This document shows positions 1-9,842 of a DNA stretch of 36,728 nucleotides, in pieces. Origin of the DNA: an uncultured Thermoplasmatales archaeon (GTDB lineage: Archaea > Thermoplasmatota > E2 > DHVEG-1); NCBI GenBank assembly GCA_964517155.1, contig CAZFAZ010000085.1, forward strand, positions 1 to 36,728, in the 5' to 3' direction. The position numbers were made by a program, and so were the translations under genes. Below the pieces are notes generated by a model, which saw only the letters and a program-made list of their open reading frames with translations, ran no database searches and was not told where the DNA came from. Each line of letters opens with the position of its first letter. Position 1 is the stretch's first letter.

Positions 1-98
1 GCTTGTGCTTGCTCCATGTTGTTTACATTAAAATGTGGTACTCCATAACCTTTTTTTGCTGCTTCATCAAGTATTTGTCTCATTGGGACTAATGACAT
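1..98 (-). CDS. fba: Class II fructose-1,6-bisphosphate aldolase, 5' end (runs off the window)
   Basis: Not in the ORF track. Manual translation from ATG at 98 gives [32 protein letters not shown], the typical class II aldolase N-terminus (FNVNNME). GGAGG RBS at 106-110; directly downstream of pfk. Confidence 0.85.
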   Translation of the reverse strand, partial: MSLVPMRQILDEAAKKGYGVPHFNVNNMEQAQ

Positions 99-110
99 AT
101 TTTTTCCTCC

Positions 111-1166
111 TTATAATTCATAAAATATTTTTGCTTCTTCAAATCTTTCTTTTGGAACTGTTTTTAGTTTTCCAACAGCTGCTTCAAGTGGCACTGGAAC
201 CACTTCTGTTCCGTGAAGTGCTGCCATTTTTCCAAACTCGCCTTTTTCTATCAGATCTGCTGCAAGTATTCCAAGTCGTGTTCCAAGGTTTATATCAAAT
301 GCAGTCGGCGTTCCTGCTCTTTGCAGATGACCTAGAACTACATGTCTGCATTCTTTACCTGTAAGTTCTTCTAGTTTTTTTGCAAGCTGTTCTGATATTC
401 CTCCTAGAATCTTATGGCCAAATGCATCAACTTTTTGATCTTTGAATTTAATATCTCCGCCCTTTGGTTTTGCACCTTCAGATGTTGCAATAATTGTGTA
501 TTTTTTTCCTTTTGCGTCTCGATTTTTTATTATTTTTACAAGCATATCCATTTCAAATTCTTCTTCAGGAAGAAGTATAGCATGTGCTCCACCTGCAATT
601 CCTGATTCAAGAGTCATCCATCCTGCGTGTCTGCCCATTACTTCAACAATTATTACTCTATGATGTGATTTTGCAGTTGTGTGAAGATTACGTATCGCCT
701 CAGCTGCACGAGTAATTGCTGTATCAAAACCAAAGGTGTAATCTGTTTCAGATAAATCATTATCAATTGTTTTTGGTACACCTACTACTTTTATTCCATC
801 TTTGTGAAGTTTAGCTGCAACTCCAAGTGTATCTTCCCCGCCTATTGCAACAAGGTATTTGCAATTGAGTCTTTGAAGATTTCTTTTGACTTGTTCTAGT
901 CCATTTTCAACTTTATATGGATTGGTTCTTGACGATCCTAAAATCGTTCCACCTATCATGTGAATATCCTCAACTTCATCTAAATCAAGGGGCTTTTCTT
1001 CACCTTTATCAAGTACGCCTGCCCATCCGTCACACAAGCCTAACACATCATAACCATATTTTTTTGCCTTTATTGTAAGACCTCTTATAACAGCATTTAA
1101 ACCTGGAGCATCTCCTCCTCCAGTAAGTACTGCGATTTGTTCTTTTTTTGAACCAGTTATTACCAT
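111..1166 (-). CDS. pfkA: PfkA-family 6-phosphofructokinase, probably PPi-dependent
   Basis: TGGGDAPGLNAVIR, GGEDT, PKTIDND, VEVMGRHAGW and LGHLQR motifs. Asp in GGED and Lys in PKTIDND are the PPi-type residues. GGAGG RBS upstream. Confidence 0.93.
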   Translation of the reverse strand: MVITGSKKEQIAVLTGGGDAPGLNAVIRGLTIKAKKYGYDVLGLCDGWAGVLDKGEEKPLDLDEVEDIHMIGGTILGSSRTNPYKVENGLEQVKRNLQRLNCKYLVAIGGEDTLGVAAKLHKDGIKVVGVPKTIDNDLSETDYTFGFDTAITRAAEAIRNLHTTAKSHHRVIIVEVMGRHAGWMTLESGIAGGAHAILLPEEEFEMDMLVKIIKNRDAKGKKYTIIATSEGAKPKGGDIKFKDQKVDAFGHKILGGISEQLAKKLEELTGKECRHVVLGHLQRAGTPTAFDINLGTRLGILAADLIEKGEFGKMAALHGTEVVPVPLEAAVGKLKTVPKERFEEAKIFYEL

Positions 1167-1279
1167 AAACTTTAACCTCCATTCTTTGCATAGAAAAAGG
1201 ATATTTAAAGCATTTGTATGCTTTATTAGTAAACTATATATTTTTCTCCATATTAGCCCTTATCTAGTTGAGTGCTATT

Positions 1280-2758
1280 ATGACATTAAAAATATACAAT
1301 AGTTTAACAAGAAAAAAAGAAGATTTTATACCTGTTGAGAAAGGCAAAGTTAAGATGTATGTTTGTGGTATGACTGTTTATTCTGATGCTCATATCGGTC
1401 ATGCTCGTACGTATTTTGCTTTTGATGTTATTCGTCGTTATTTTGAGTATAAAGGTTTTAAGGTTACTTATGTACAAAATGTTACTGATGTTGATGATAA
1501 AATCATTGCTGCAGCCAATAAAGCAGGTGTAGACCCACTTGAGTATTCTAAAAAATTCACAGATATTTGCCTTAATGATCTTGATAAACTAGGGATTCGC
1601 CGCGCAGATATTTATCCTAAAGCTTCAGAGACCATTCCTGATATGATTAAGATGACAGAAAAAATTATTGACAAGGAATACGGCTATATTTCTGATGGTG
1701 ATGTTTATTTTAGTGTTGAAAAATTTGCTGATTACGGTAAACTTTCTGGGCAAAAACTTGATGATCTTATGAGTGGTGTTAGAAAAGATCCAGAGGATAA
1801 AAAACATAATCCTTTTGATTTTGCTCTCTGGAAATCTGCAAAACCTGGTGAGCCTAGTTGGGATAGCCCATGGGGACCTGGTCGGCCTGGTTGGCATATT
1901 GAGTGTTCTGCTATGAGTAAAAAATTATTGGGTTTACCTTTTGATATTCATGGTGGCGGTATGGATTTGCGTTTTCCACATCATGAAAATGAGATAGCTC
2001 AAGCAGAAGCAGCAACTGGTAAAGAGTTTGCCAAGTATTGGATGCATATTGGTTTGTTGACTGTTAATGGAGAAAAAATGAGCAAGAGTATCGGAAATAT
2101 TGTCAATGTCAAAGATTTGTTAAGCCAGTGGGATGCTGAGGTTGTGCGTTTCTTTTTTGCACAGGCTCATTATCGCAGTCCACCTGATTTTTCTGAAAAA
2201 GCACTTGAGAATTCTAAAAAGGGTCTTGATAGAGTTTATCGTGTTAAAGAAAAACTTGAGGAATTGGTATCTAAAAAAGAGCAAGGATCTGATGATAAAG
2301 AGTTTTTTGAGGAGATTTCTAGGTTTAAATCTAGTTTTGAATCTGCGATGGATGATGATTTTAATACGCCTCAAGCTGTAAGTATTATTTTTGATTTTGT
2401 AAATTCATGTAACCGTTTTTTTGAAAAAACAAAAAATCCTGATTCTAATCTTTGTAAAAAAGCACTTGACACGGTTATTAAACTTGGAAACATTTTAACC
2501 TTATTTCAGGACGAAAAAAAGGATTCTGTTACTGTTGATGATTCTGTTTTGAAACAATTAAAAAAATTTGCAGGCATGTATGCAACAGATGTTCAGGGAA
2601 AAGCTATTGAAGAAGTAATGGATTTACTCCTTGAGGCAAGAGAAGCGGCTAGAAATAAAAAAGATTGGAATACAGCCGACAATATTAGAAATAAGCTTGA
2701 TGAATTTGGATTTGAAATTCAGGACACCTCACAGGGTCCTACCTGGAGAAAAAAATAA
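1280..2758 (+). CDS. cysS: Cysteine--tRNA ligase
   Basis: YVCGMTVY, HIGH, GRPGWHIECSAM, DIHGGGMDLRFPHHENE and KMSKS motifs. ATG at 1280 preferred over TTG at 1268. Confidence 0.98.
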   Translation: MTLKIYNSLTRKKEDFIPVEKGKVKMYVCGMTVYSDAHIGHARTYFAFDVIRRYFEYKGFKVTYVQNVTDVDDKIIAAANKAGVDPLEYSKKFTDICLNDLDKLGIRRADIYPKASETIPDMIKMTEKIIDKEYGYISDGDVYFSVEKFADYGKLSGQKLDDLMSGVRKDPEDKKHNPFDFALWKSAKPGEPSWDSPWGPGRPGWHIECSAMSKKLLGLPFDIHGGGMDLRFPHHENEIAQAEAATGKEFAKYWMHIGLLTVNGEKMSKSIGNIVNVKDLLSQWDAEVVRFFFAQAHYRSPPDFSEKALENSKKGLDRVYRVKEKLEELVSKKEQGSDDKEFFEEISRFKSSFESAMDDDFNTPQAVSIIFDFVNSCNRFFEKTKNPDSNLCKKALDTVIKLGNILTLFQDEKKDSVTVDDSVLKQLKKFAGMYATDVQGKAIEEVMDLLLEAREAARNKKDWNTADNIRNKLDEFGFEIQDTSQGPTWRKK

Positions 2759-2761
2759 ATT

Positions 2762-3169
2762 ATGAATAAAATACTTGTTGGTTTTGACGGCAGTGAAGGT
2801 GCTGAGCAAGCCTTGAATAGAGCGATTATGCTTTTAGAAGAGTATGGAGAGATGATTCTTCTTGCTGTTGTTCCAAGCCCGCATGATAAATCATTTGTGG
2901 ATGATGATGCATATAACATTTTAAAAACAAAAGCCAAAAATCTCATCGATCAGGTAATAATAGATATTGGCGAGCAGGGTTTTGAAATCAAAGGAATGGT
3001 TGAAGAAGGAGACCCTGCCTCAGTTATTATTGATATTGCAAATAGACTTAATGTTGATTTAATTGTTCTTGGCAGTAAAGGTCAAAGCGAGCTTGGGCAG
3101 TATCTTATAGGAAGTGTAGCAAATAAAGTAGTTCAATACGCTGCAAAACCAGTTATGATTGTAAGATAA
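2762..3169 (+). CDS. Universal stress protein (UspA family)
   Basis: KILVGFDGS at the N-terminus; DLIVLGSKG...LIGSVANKVV...PVMIV at the C-terminus; 135 aa. Confidence 0.95.
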   Translation: MNKILVGFDGSEGAEQALNRAIMLLEEYGEMILLAVVPSPHDKSFVDDDAYNILKTKAKNLIDQVIIDIGEQGFEIKGMVEEGDPASVIIDIANRLNVDLIVLGSKGQSELGQYLIGSVANKVVQYAAKPVMIVR

Positions 3170-3199
3170 GCTATTTTTACTAGGAAATAAAAAAACATG

Positions 3200-4459
3200 T
3201 CACATAGATAGGAATATTTTTGAACCAATATCAAACCTGATATATTTATCTTTAAATATTTGTCTACATCTTGTCGAAAAAGAGTTAACTGTATCTCTGA
3301 CTTCACTGGTTCCATTAAAAAGTTGTTCAGGTGTCATATTCTTTGGTTTAAAAACAACTTGGTTTTCGTTGTATTTTGACCAATCCTTTGTCAAGATCCT
3401 TCCCTCTTTATCCAATCTATCAAAAAGAGGAGTCCCAGGATAAGGCGTCAAGATATAGAATTCAACTGTATCAAGCCCAGAGACTTGTACAAAATCCGCT
3501 GTATTTTTGAATGTGCTAACTGTATCTGTATCAAAACCAAATATAAAACTACCAAAAACTGACATGCCATAGTCGTGTATTTTTTTAATCGATTCTATGT
3601 ATTTATTCGCTTGATTTCCTTTACCAATTTTATCAAGGGTCGATTGCGATACAGATTCCAAACCAACAAACCATACTTTGCATCCAGCCTCACTAGCTAG
3701 TTTTAAAAGTTCGTCATCTTTTTCTAAAATGGTTATATTGCCAAAACATTTAAATTTTTTATTTAAATGTTTCATTTCTCTAAATAAATCTTTTGTATGT
3801 TTTAGGTCAATTGTCATTGAAGGGTCAAAAAAATACAAATATTTTGCCTTTGTCGATTTTATTTCTTCCAATACATCTTCGATTCTCCTTGTTCGATGTT
3901 TATTACCATACAGATTATTAGAAATTGCACAAAATTCACACCTATACGGGCAACCTCTAGAAGACTGGACTGCGGCAGTAAATGATAAACGGTCATTAAT
4001 TCTTCTTTTAACTCTATTAATATCATATAAATCGATAGGTTTTTCATTTCTATAAAAAGGCTTTAGATTATTATTTTCTTTATCTTCCAATAACTTTCTC
4101 CAATTAAGCTCTGCTTCGCCAATTAAAACAGCATCAGCATACTGTTTTGCTTCATCTGGCAATGTAGAAGGATGACAACCACCAAGAACAACCGTTTTCT
4201 CTCTTCTATGGAATTCTGTTGCTATTTCGTAAGCTCTAGGAGCATCCGTAGTCATACAAGAGATACCGATAAGATCAGCTTTTGTGTTAAAATCGATAGT
4301 TTGATATCGCTCATCTATAAGTTGGATATTATGAGTTTGTGGTGTCAAATATGCTATTTGTTTTAGTGTTAGAGAAGGATGTACTCTTAATTTGAAAAAA
4401 AAATTTTTATTTGATTTAGTGCTAATTTTAGATTTTGGTTGTATTAAAGTTATGTTCAT
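3200..4459 (-). CDS. B12-binding-domain radical SAM protein
   Basis: Cobalamin-binding-type N-domain (DLIGISCMT, VVLGGCHPS, ADAVLIGEAE), SRGCPYRCEFC (CxxxCxxC), GSFIFGFDTD, LTPYPGTPLF. Confidence 0.9.
   Translation of the reverse strand: MNITLIQPKSKISTKSNKNFFFKLRVHPSLTLKQIAYLTPQTHNIQLIDERYQTIDFNTKADLIGISCMTTDAPRAYEIATEFHRREKTVVLGGCHPSTLPDEAKQYADAVLIGEAELNWRKLLEDKENNNLKPFYRNEKPIDLYDINRVKRRINDRLSFTAAVQSSRGCPYRCEFCAISNNLYGNKHRTRRIEDVLEEIKSTKAKYLYFFDPSMTIDLKHTKDLFREMKHLNKKFKCFGNITILEKDDELLKLASEAGCKVWFVGLESVSQSTLDKIGKGNQANKYIESIKKIHDYGMSVFGSFIFGFDTDTVSTFKNTADFVQVSGLDTVEFYILTPYPGTPLFDRLDKEGRILTKDWSKYNENQVVFKPKNMTPEQLFNGTSEVRDTVNSFSTRCRQIFKDKYIRFDIGSKIFLSM
3399..3436. repeat. 38-bp exact repeat, copy 1 (copy 2 at 4871-4908)
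   Basis: cttccctctttatccaatctatcaaaaagaggagtccc occurs in both B12 radical SAM paralogs. Confidence 0.9.
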
Positions 4460-4608
4460 TTTTATACAGCTTGAATATTGATTTTTAACAATATTTTTAA
4501 ATGTAATTCCACAAGCAGTTATTTTCGAACTCCGGAATTAATTATAACAAGTATTGAAATTTATATATAAAAAGTAGTTGGGATCTTCTATCATGCGTAG
4601 AAATTAGT

Positions 4609-5940
4609 TTATTTTAGCGAATAATAATATTGATACAGTTTTTTCCAGGATTTATAGAATTTTTTTGAATTTAAGTTTTTCAAAAGAATAACAAAAGATG
4701 GATATAATCCGAGTTTTAAGTTTCTAATAAAAATTTTAATCAGGTTTTTATTCGAATAAAACTTCATAGCGATTTTCCAGACACCTATTTCTAATTTTTC
4801 AGGAGACATATTTTTTGGTTGAAAAACTACTTTACCAAAATTATACATGCTTGGATCTTTAATGAGCATTCTTCCCTCTTTATCCAATCTATCAAAAAGA
4901 GGAGTCCCCGGATAAATACCTAAGATATTAAATTCAACTGAATCTATTTCTAAATCATTTATTGCTTTTAGTGTTTCATTAAACACTGATTTTTTATCTG
5001 TATCAAATCCAAACATAAATGATCCAATAGCCGCCATGTGATTTTTATGTATTTTTTCGATGGCTTTTTTGTAATAATCAATTTTATTTGTTTTTTTATC
5101 TATAAAATTAAGTGTTTTTTGTTGAACTGATTCGAAGCCAATAAACCAAGCTATACAGCCTGCTCTGTAAGCCAATTTTAAAAGTTCATCATCTTCACTG
5201 AGTTGTTTTACATTTCCACAACAAAAAAATTTTTTATTTAATTTAATCATCTCTTTAAATAGATTCTTAGTATGATTAACATCATTGGTCATAGAAGAAT
5301 CATCAAAATTTATGAACTTATTCTTTGTCGATTTGATTTCTTTAATAACTGCATCAACAGATCTCAGCCTTTGTTTAGAACCTAAAATGATTGGAGAAAG
5401 ACAAAAAGAACAACAATTAGGGCACCCTCTACTTGTTTCTATTCTTTTAACCATAAAATTTGCAGTTACGTTACTCCTAACTTGCTTAGAGTTATAGATA
5501 TCAACAGGGTTTTTATTTCTATAAAAAGGTTTAATTTCATCATCTTCAAAATCTTTGAGTAGCTTAGGCCAATTTTCATCAGATTCTCCAATAATTACAG
5601 AATCGGCATGTTGTTTTACCTCTTCGGGCATCAAAGTTGGATAAACTCCCCCCATTACAACGGTCTTGCCTTTTTTTTTAAAGATATTTGCTATTTTATA
5701 TGCACGTGATGTAAAAGATGGGGAAAAGGTTATGACAACAATATCACAATCTTGATTAAAATTGATTTTTTTAAATCTCTCATCAATGATCTTAATCGAA
5801 TATTTAACGGGGGTAATCTCTGCCAGATGATATATGGATAAATGAAGGTAGTAAAATTGGTCTGCCTCAATAAAATTCATCGCGTTAGGAGCATCCTTGG
5901 AAAATATTTCGAGTTTAGGCTGGATAAATAAAATTTGCAT
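4609..5940 (-). CDS. B12-binding-domain radical SAM protein, paralog of 3200-4459
   Basis: VVMGGVYPT, ADSVIIGESD, SRGCPNCCSFC, GSFMFGFDTD, YPGTPLF; colinear with the neighbouring gene. Confidence 0.9.
   Translation of the reverse strand: MQILFIQPKLEIFSKDAPNAMNFIEADQFYYLHLSIYHLAEITPVKYSIKIIDERFKKINFNQDCDIVVITFSPSFTSRAYKIANIFKKKGKTVVMGGVYPTLMPEEVKQHADSVIIGESDENWPKLLKDFEDDEIKPFYRNKNPVDIYNSKQVRSNVTANFMVKRIETSRGCPNCCSFCLSPIILGSKQRLRSVDAVIKEIKSTKNKFINFDDSSMTNDVNHTKNLFKEMIKLNKKFFCCGNVKQLSEDDELLKLAYRAGCIAWFIGFESVQQKTLNFIDKKTNKIDYYKKAIEKIHKNHMAAIGSFMFGFDTDKKSVFNETLKAINDLEIDSVEFNILGIYPGTPLFDRLDKEGRMLIKDPSMYNFGKVVFQPKNMSPEKLEIGVWKIAMKFYSNKNLIKIFIRNLKLGLYPSFVILLKNLNSKKFYKSWKKLYQYYYSLK
4871..4908. repeat. 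38-bp exact repeat, copy 2
   Basis: Identical to 3399-3436; after one mismatch both continue ggataa. Confidence 0.9.
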
Positions 5941-5999
5941 CCATTAACAACATCAGATTGAAATATAAAAATTCATCGAGCTTTTAAGGCGATATAATG

Positions 6000-7064
6000 T
6001 TAAGGTAAGTTTTTTATTATAAATGTTCCTAGTTTTTTATTTAAAAAGACAGGGGTTTTTCTAAGGGAATGCCTTACAATGTTATAAATAAAGCTTCGAT
6101 GTTTGTTTATATTTGATAGATTTTGAGATACATATCTAGAATATATTGTATCTTCAGAGCTGAAAGAAGATTTGTAGCTAAACAAACTTTTATTTTCTTT
6201 TGTAGTTAGACCCAAGTCATAATAACAAAAACTCTTTTTATAACACCACAATAGCGAATTCCAATCGAGATAGTTACTAACTTTTAGATCTAGATATCTT
6301 TCATCCAATCCAATATAAGCAGAAAAGACGGTATCTCTAAAAGTTAAATTTAAAGTTGAACCAATGGAAAGCTCATCTAACTTAACAATAAAAATTTTTA
6401 GGTATCCTAATGGACTCATAACTTCCCATATTTTTTTAAAGAAATGATAGTTAGGAACGCAAAACCCCAGTCTTTTGTATGTTAAACAAAATAAATGGTA
6501 AAAATCTGTTAAATCAGATTCTGACTGCGCAGTTTTTATATATAATCCATTTTTTTCTGCTTTTCGTATGTTTGTTCTGTTGGTCTTATCCAGAGAATAC
6601 CACATTTCTTGAGGGTTTTTTATATTAACTCTTTGCAAATTCCACAGATTCTCTTTGATCAAATTAAACTCATTGAAAAAAACTTCTAAATCTAACGGTT
6701 TTTGCCGTATAACAAGATTGCAACGCAGGTCCTTCTTCAACATTGTTGCTGCGTTTAAAAGAGGTGTTATGCTCCTGCGTTCTCCTATAAAACCCCCATA
6801 GCTACTTAGTGGTAATGAGCTAAGTACGTTATTAAAAATCGTTTTAATATGAAATAATGGCAAAACTCCTTCAATTTTATCTTCTTCGTTTTTAGCCAGC
6901 AGATAATAGGGCTTAAGATTTAGACTCTCTTGGATTATTTTTTTCCATTCTATCGAATGATATATTGTGGAATCAGGATGTTTAAAAACAAATTTATTAT
7001 ATTTTTCTTGATCTTCTCCAGATAACAATTCAATTTTTAGTCCTTCATTGGTTCTAAGTTGCAT
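6000..7064 (-). CDS. FemAB-like / double-GNAT-fold transferase
   Basis: HPDSTIYHSIEW, GVLPL, SLPLSSYGG, RTNIRKAEKNGL, YDLGLT, LFSYKSSF: the pattern of FemAB-related GNAT proteins; 354 aa. Confidence 0.8.
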   Translation of the reverse strand: MQLRTNEGLKIELLSGEDQEKYNKFVFKHPDSTIYHSIEWKKIIQESLNLKPYYLLAKNEEDKIEGVLPLFHIKTIFNNVLSSLPLSSYGGFIGERRSITPLLNAATMLKKDLRCNLVIRQKPLDLEVFFNEFNLIKENLWNLQRVNIKNPQEMWYSLDKTNRTNIRKAEKNGLYIKTAQSESDLTDFYHLFCLTYKRLGFCVPNYHFFKKIWEVMSPLGYLKIFIVKLDELSIGSTLNLTFRDTVFSAYIGLDERYLDLKVSNYLDWNSLLWCYKKSFCYYDLGLTTKENKSLFSYKSSFSSEDTIYSRYVSQNLSNINKHRSFIYNIVRHSLRKTPVFLNKKLGTFIIKNLP

Positions 7065-7213
7065 TTCATCATAAAATAAAACTTATTGCAACTATAATAA
7101 GTTTTGTTTATAAAGAAGATTGTTAATTTTTCTGAAAGATACAAATAAATGTAATTACTAAAAAACAAATTATATATACTTATAATAAAATAGTTAAATA
7201 TTGAGATTGCTAA
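7065..7213. promoter_or_regulatory. Probable divergent promoter region of the radical SAM cluster
   Basis: 149-bp very AT-rich spacer between head-to-head genes, containing TATA-like TTATATATA and TTTATAAA. Confidence 0.5.
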
Positions 7214-8467
7214 ATGAAAAAAGTATATATTTATAATGAGCCGCAAGCCTGTAGGCGAAGGGCATTGGATGCTGAAAAGATATACAGATATTTTTTAAAA
7301 AACAATTTTGAAATGAAGGATAGTCCAAAAGATGCGGATTTAATAGTATACATTACATGTGCAGCTGTAAGCCAAACTGCAAACATTTGTCTTGATAAAA
7401 TTAAATATTTTCAAAAATACAAAGCACAACTTTTGATAATGGGTTGTTTACCTTCTGTAGAAAAAGAGAAACTCTCAAGTATGTTCAATGGAAAGAAAAT
7501 AGACACTAAAGAAATTTCGAAAATTGATTCACTATTTCCAAATAATAGATACAAATTCAGTGAACTAGATGACGCCAACATACTATACTTCAATTTAGAC
7601 AAAACAACAATTTCTGGAACAATAAAAATAATTTTGCACAGAATTTATCCATTGGAAGAATTGTATAAATATCTAAAGAATCATATTTTAAAAAATTTAC
7701 ATGACAAAAAATCTTTTATGTATATGGCTTCTAATAAAGACCAATTCCACATAAGAATTTCTTGGGGATGCCCTAACAATTGTTCCTATTGCACTATAAA
7801 AACATCTACTGGAAAATTCAAAAGTAAACCTTTAGAAAAATGTGTAGAAGAACTCAAAATAGGTTTAAAAAAGGGCTACAAGGATATTATTATAACTGCA
7901 GATAACACCGGTGCTTATGGTATAGATAAAAATAGTTGTTTACCCGAGCTACTTAAAAAATTTTTACAAATAAATGGCCAATACAATTTATTTATCCGTG
8001 GGCTAGATCCTAGATGGGTAGTAAAATACCATATGGACCTAATGGATATATTAAAGCAAGGAAAAATTGTTGGATTAGAGATACCTATTGAATCAGGAAA
8101 TGAAAGAATATTGCGACTAATGCGACGATTTTCTGAAACAAACAGTATGAAAAGGATACTCAAAAGAATAAGATCTAATTTCCCAGAGTTGTATTTATAT
8201 ACTCACATTATGGCAGGATTTCCAACAGAGACTACAGAAGAATTCAAACAAACACTGGAATTTGTGTTAGATGCAGGCTTTGATTCTGGTCAGATATTTC
8301 CCTTTTCAATAAGAGATATAACAGATGCTGCAAAAATAAAACATAGGATATCACAAGAAGAAATTTCAAAAAGAATGGAAATTTCTAAAAAGTTTCTAAA
8401 GAAAAACGGGTACAAAGTTATCGATATTAAAAAAATTAATGCTTTGTTATTCAGTAAAAAGAGATGA
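7214..8467 (+). CDS. Methylthiotransferase-like (MiaB/RimO/MtaB-like) radical SAM protein without TRAM domain
   Basis: UPF0004-type N-domain with three Cys (QACRR, ITCA, MGCLP), GCPNNCSYC, IPIESGNERILRLMRR, HIMAGFPTET. The protein ends shortly after FPFSxR. Confidence 0.82.
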   Translation: MKKVYIYNEPQACRRRALDAEKIYRYFLKNNFEMKDSPKDADLIVYITCAAVSQTANICLDKIKYFQKYKAQLLIMGCLPSVEKEKLSSMFNGKKIDTKEISKIDSLFPNNRYKFSELDDANILYFNLDKTTISGTIKIILHRIYPLEELYKYLKNHILKNLHDKKSFMYMASNKDQFHIRISWGCPNNCSYCTIKTSTGKFKSKPLEKCVEELKIGLKKGYKDIIITADNTGAYGIDKNSCLPELLKKFLQINGQYNLFIRGLDPRWVVKYHMDLMDILKQGKIVGLEIPIESGNERILRLMRRFSETNSMKRILKRIRSNFPELYLYTHIMAGFPTETTEEFKQTLEFVLDAGFDSGQIFPFSIRDITDAAKIKHRISQEEISKRMEISKKFLKKNGYKVIDIKKINALLFSKKR

Positions 8468-8506
8468 TTTAGCAAAAAGATTAATAGCTTTACAGATATA
8501 AATAAA

Positions 8507-9769
8507 ATGATGGCAATGACGCCAAAAAAAATATTCATACATAATATGGGATGCGAAAGAAGAGGACTAGATGCACAAAGGACGTATTGTTATTTTAAAA
8601 GTAATGGTTATGAAATTGTTTATGATCCAAAAAAGGCAGACTATATAATATTTTTTACTTGTGCTTTTGTTGATAGTGTTGCTGAGAGTTGTTTTTCAGT
8701 GATTAAAAAATTTTCTACATATAGTGCTGAGTTAATTGTTGCAGGTTGCTTGCCGGAAATAGAAAAAGAGAAAATTTCGAAATATTTTAACGGGAAACAA
8801 ATAGCTACAAAAGATATTTCAGAGATAGACAAATTTTTCAAAAAAAATAACATTCCTTTTACGTCTATTGAGGATCAAAATTTCATCTATTGTAACAAGA
8901 ATATTAGAGAGATAAATAGTTTGTTTTATACAATATTTGGGAGGAGTCAATTTTTTGACAAGATTAATAAAAAAGTCAGATTAAATCTTCTAAAATACAT
9001 TTTTGGTGAATACAGTCTAGCATATATTTACTCAAATGAACACCAGTATCATCTCAGAATAGGTTGGGGATGTACAGATAACTGTTCATATTGTGCAATT
9101 AAAAAAGCAATAGGGTCGTTAAGAAGTAAACCAATTGATATTTGTTTGAAAGAATTTAAAAAAGGATTAAATGAGGGAATTAAAAAATTTGTTTTAGCCG
9201 GGGATGATGTAGGAGCATATGGTATAGATATAGGTACTAGTTTTCCGTCATTTTTAAATAAAATTACAAATATTGAAGGCGATTATGAAATATTTATCCA
9301 CGATTTTAATCCCAAATGGTTAGTTAAATATGATAGCAAGCTAATTAATATCTTTAAAAAAGGTAAGATATCCATTATTGAAATTCCAATGCAATCAGCG
9401 AGTCCAAGGATTTTAAAATTAATGAACCGTTTTCATAATATAAATGATATTAGTAGACTAATTAGCAGGTTAAAAGAAACTGTTCCAGAAACAAAAATAT
9501 TTACTGATTATATAATTGGGTTTCCTAGTGAAACTTGGGATGAAATGGAGCAAACATTAAATTTTATAGTAGAAAATAACTTTAGTTCTGGTTTTGTTAT
9601 GCCTTTTTCTCAAAGAAGTGGAACTAAATCAGAAGAAATTGAGCCTAAAATATCTCAAATAGAAAAACAAGAGCGCATTAACTATTCTAAAGATTTTTTC
9701 AAAAAACATGGATATAAAGTATATTCACCTCATCCATATTTTTATATATTTGATAAAAAGAGCGCGTAA
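8507..9769 (+). CDS. Methylthiotransferase-like radical SAM protein without TRAM domain, paralog of 7214-8467
   Basis: MGCERR, FTCAF, AGCLP, GCTDNCSYC, IPMQSASPRILKLMNR, DYIIGFPSET, PFSQRSGT. Confidence 0.85.
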   Translation: MMAMTPKKIFIHNMGCERRGLDAQRTYCYFKSNGYEIVYDPKKADYIIFFTCAFVDSVAESCFSVIKKFSTYSAELIVAGCLPEIEKEKISKYFNGKQIATKDISEIDKFFKKNNIPFTSIEDQNFIYCNKNIREINSLFYTIFGRSQFFDKINKKVRLNLLKYIFGEYSLAYIYSNEHQYHLRIGWGCTDNCSYCAIKKAIGSLRSKPIDICLKEFKKGLNEGIKKFVLAGDDVGAYGIDIGTSFPSFLNKITNIEGDYEIFIHDFNPKWLVKYDSKLINIFKKGKISIIEIPMQSASPRILKLMNRFHNINDISRLISRLKETVPETKIFTDYIIGFPSETWDEMEQTLNFIVENNFSSGFVMPFSQRSGTKSEEIEPKISQIEKQERINYSKDFFKKHGYKVYSPHPYFYIFDKKSA

Positions 9770-9842
9770 ATTTAATAAAATTTATATATTACCTGCTATA
9801 ATATATTTAATAATTAGCAAATATTAGTTATGTTAAGGGACG

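Noticed and set aside
4538..4594. 18-codon minus-strand ORF (MIEDPNYFLYINFNTCYN) as a RiPP precursor
   Set aside because: No RBS or leader/core structure, it overlaps TATA-like sequence, and no recognisable RRE/SPASM domains or RiPP exporter are present in the cluster.
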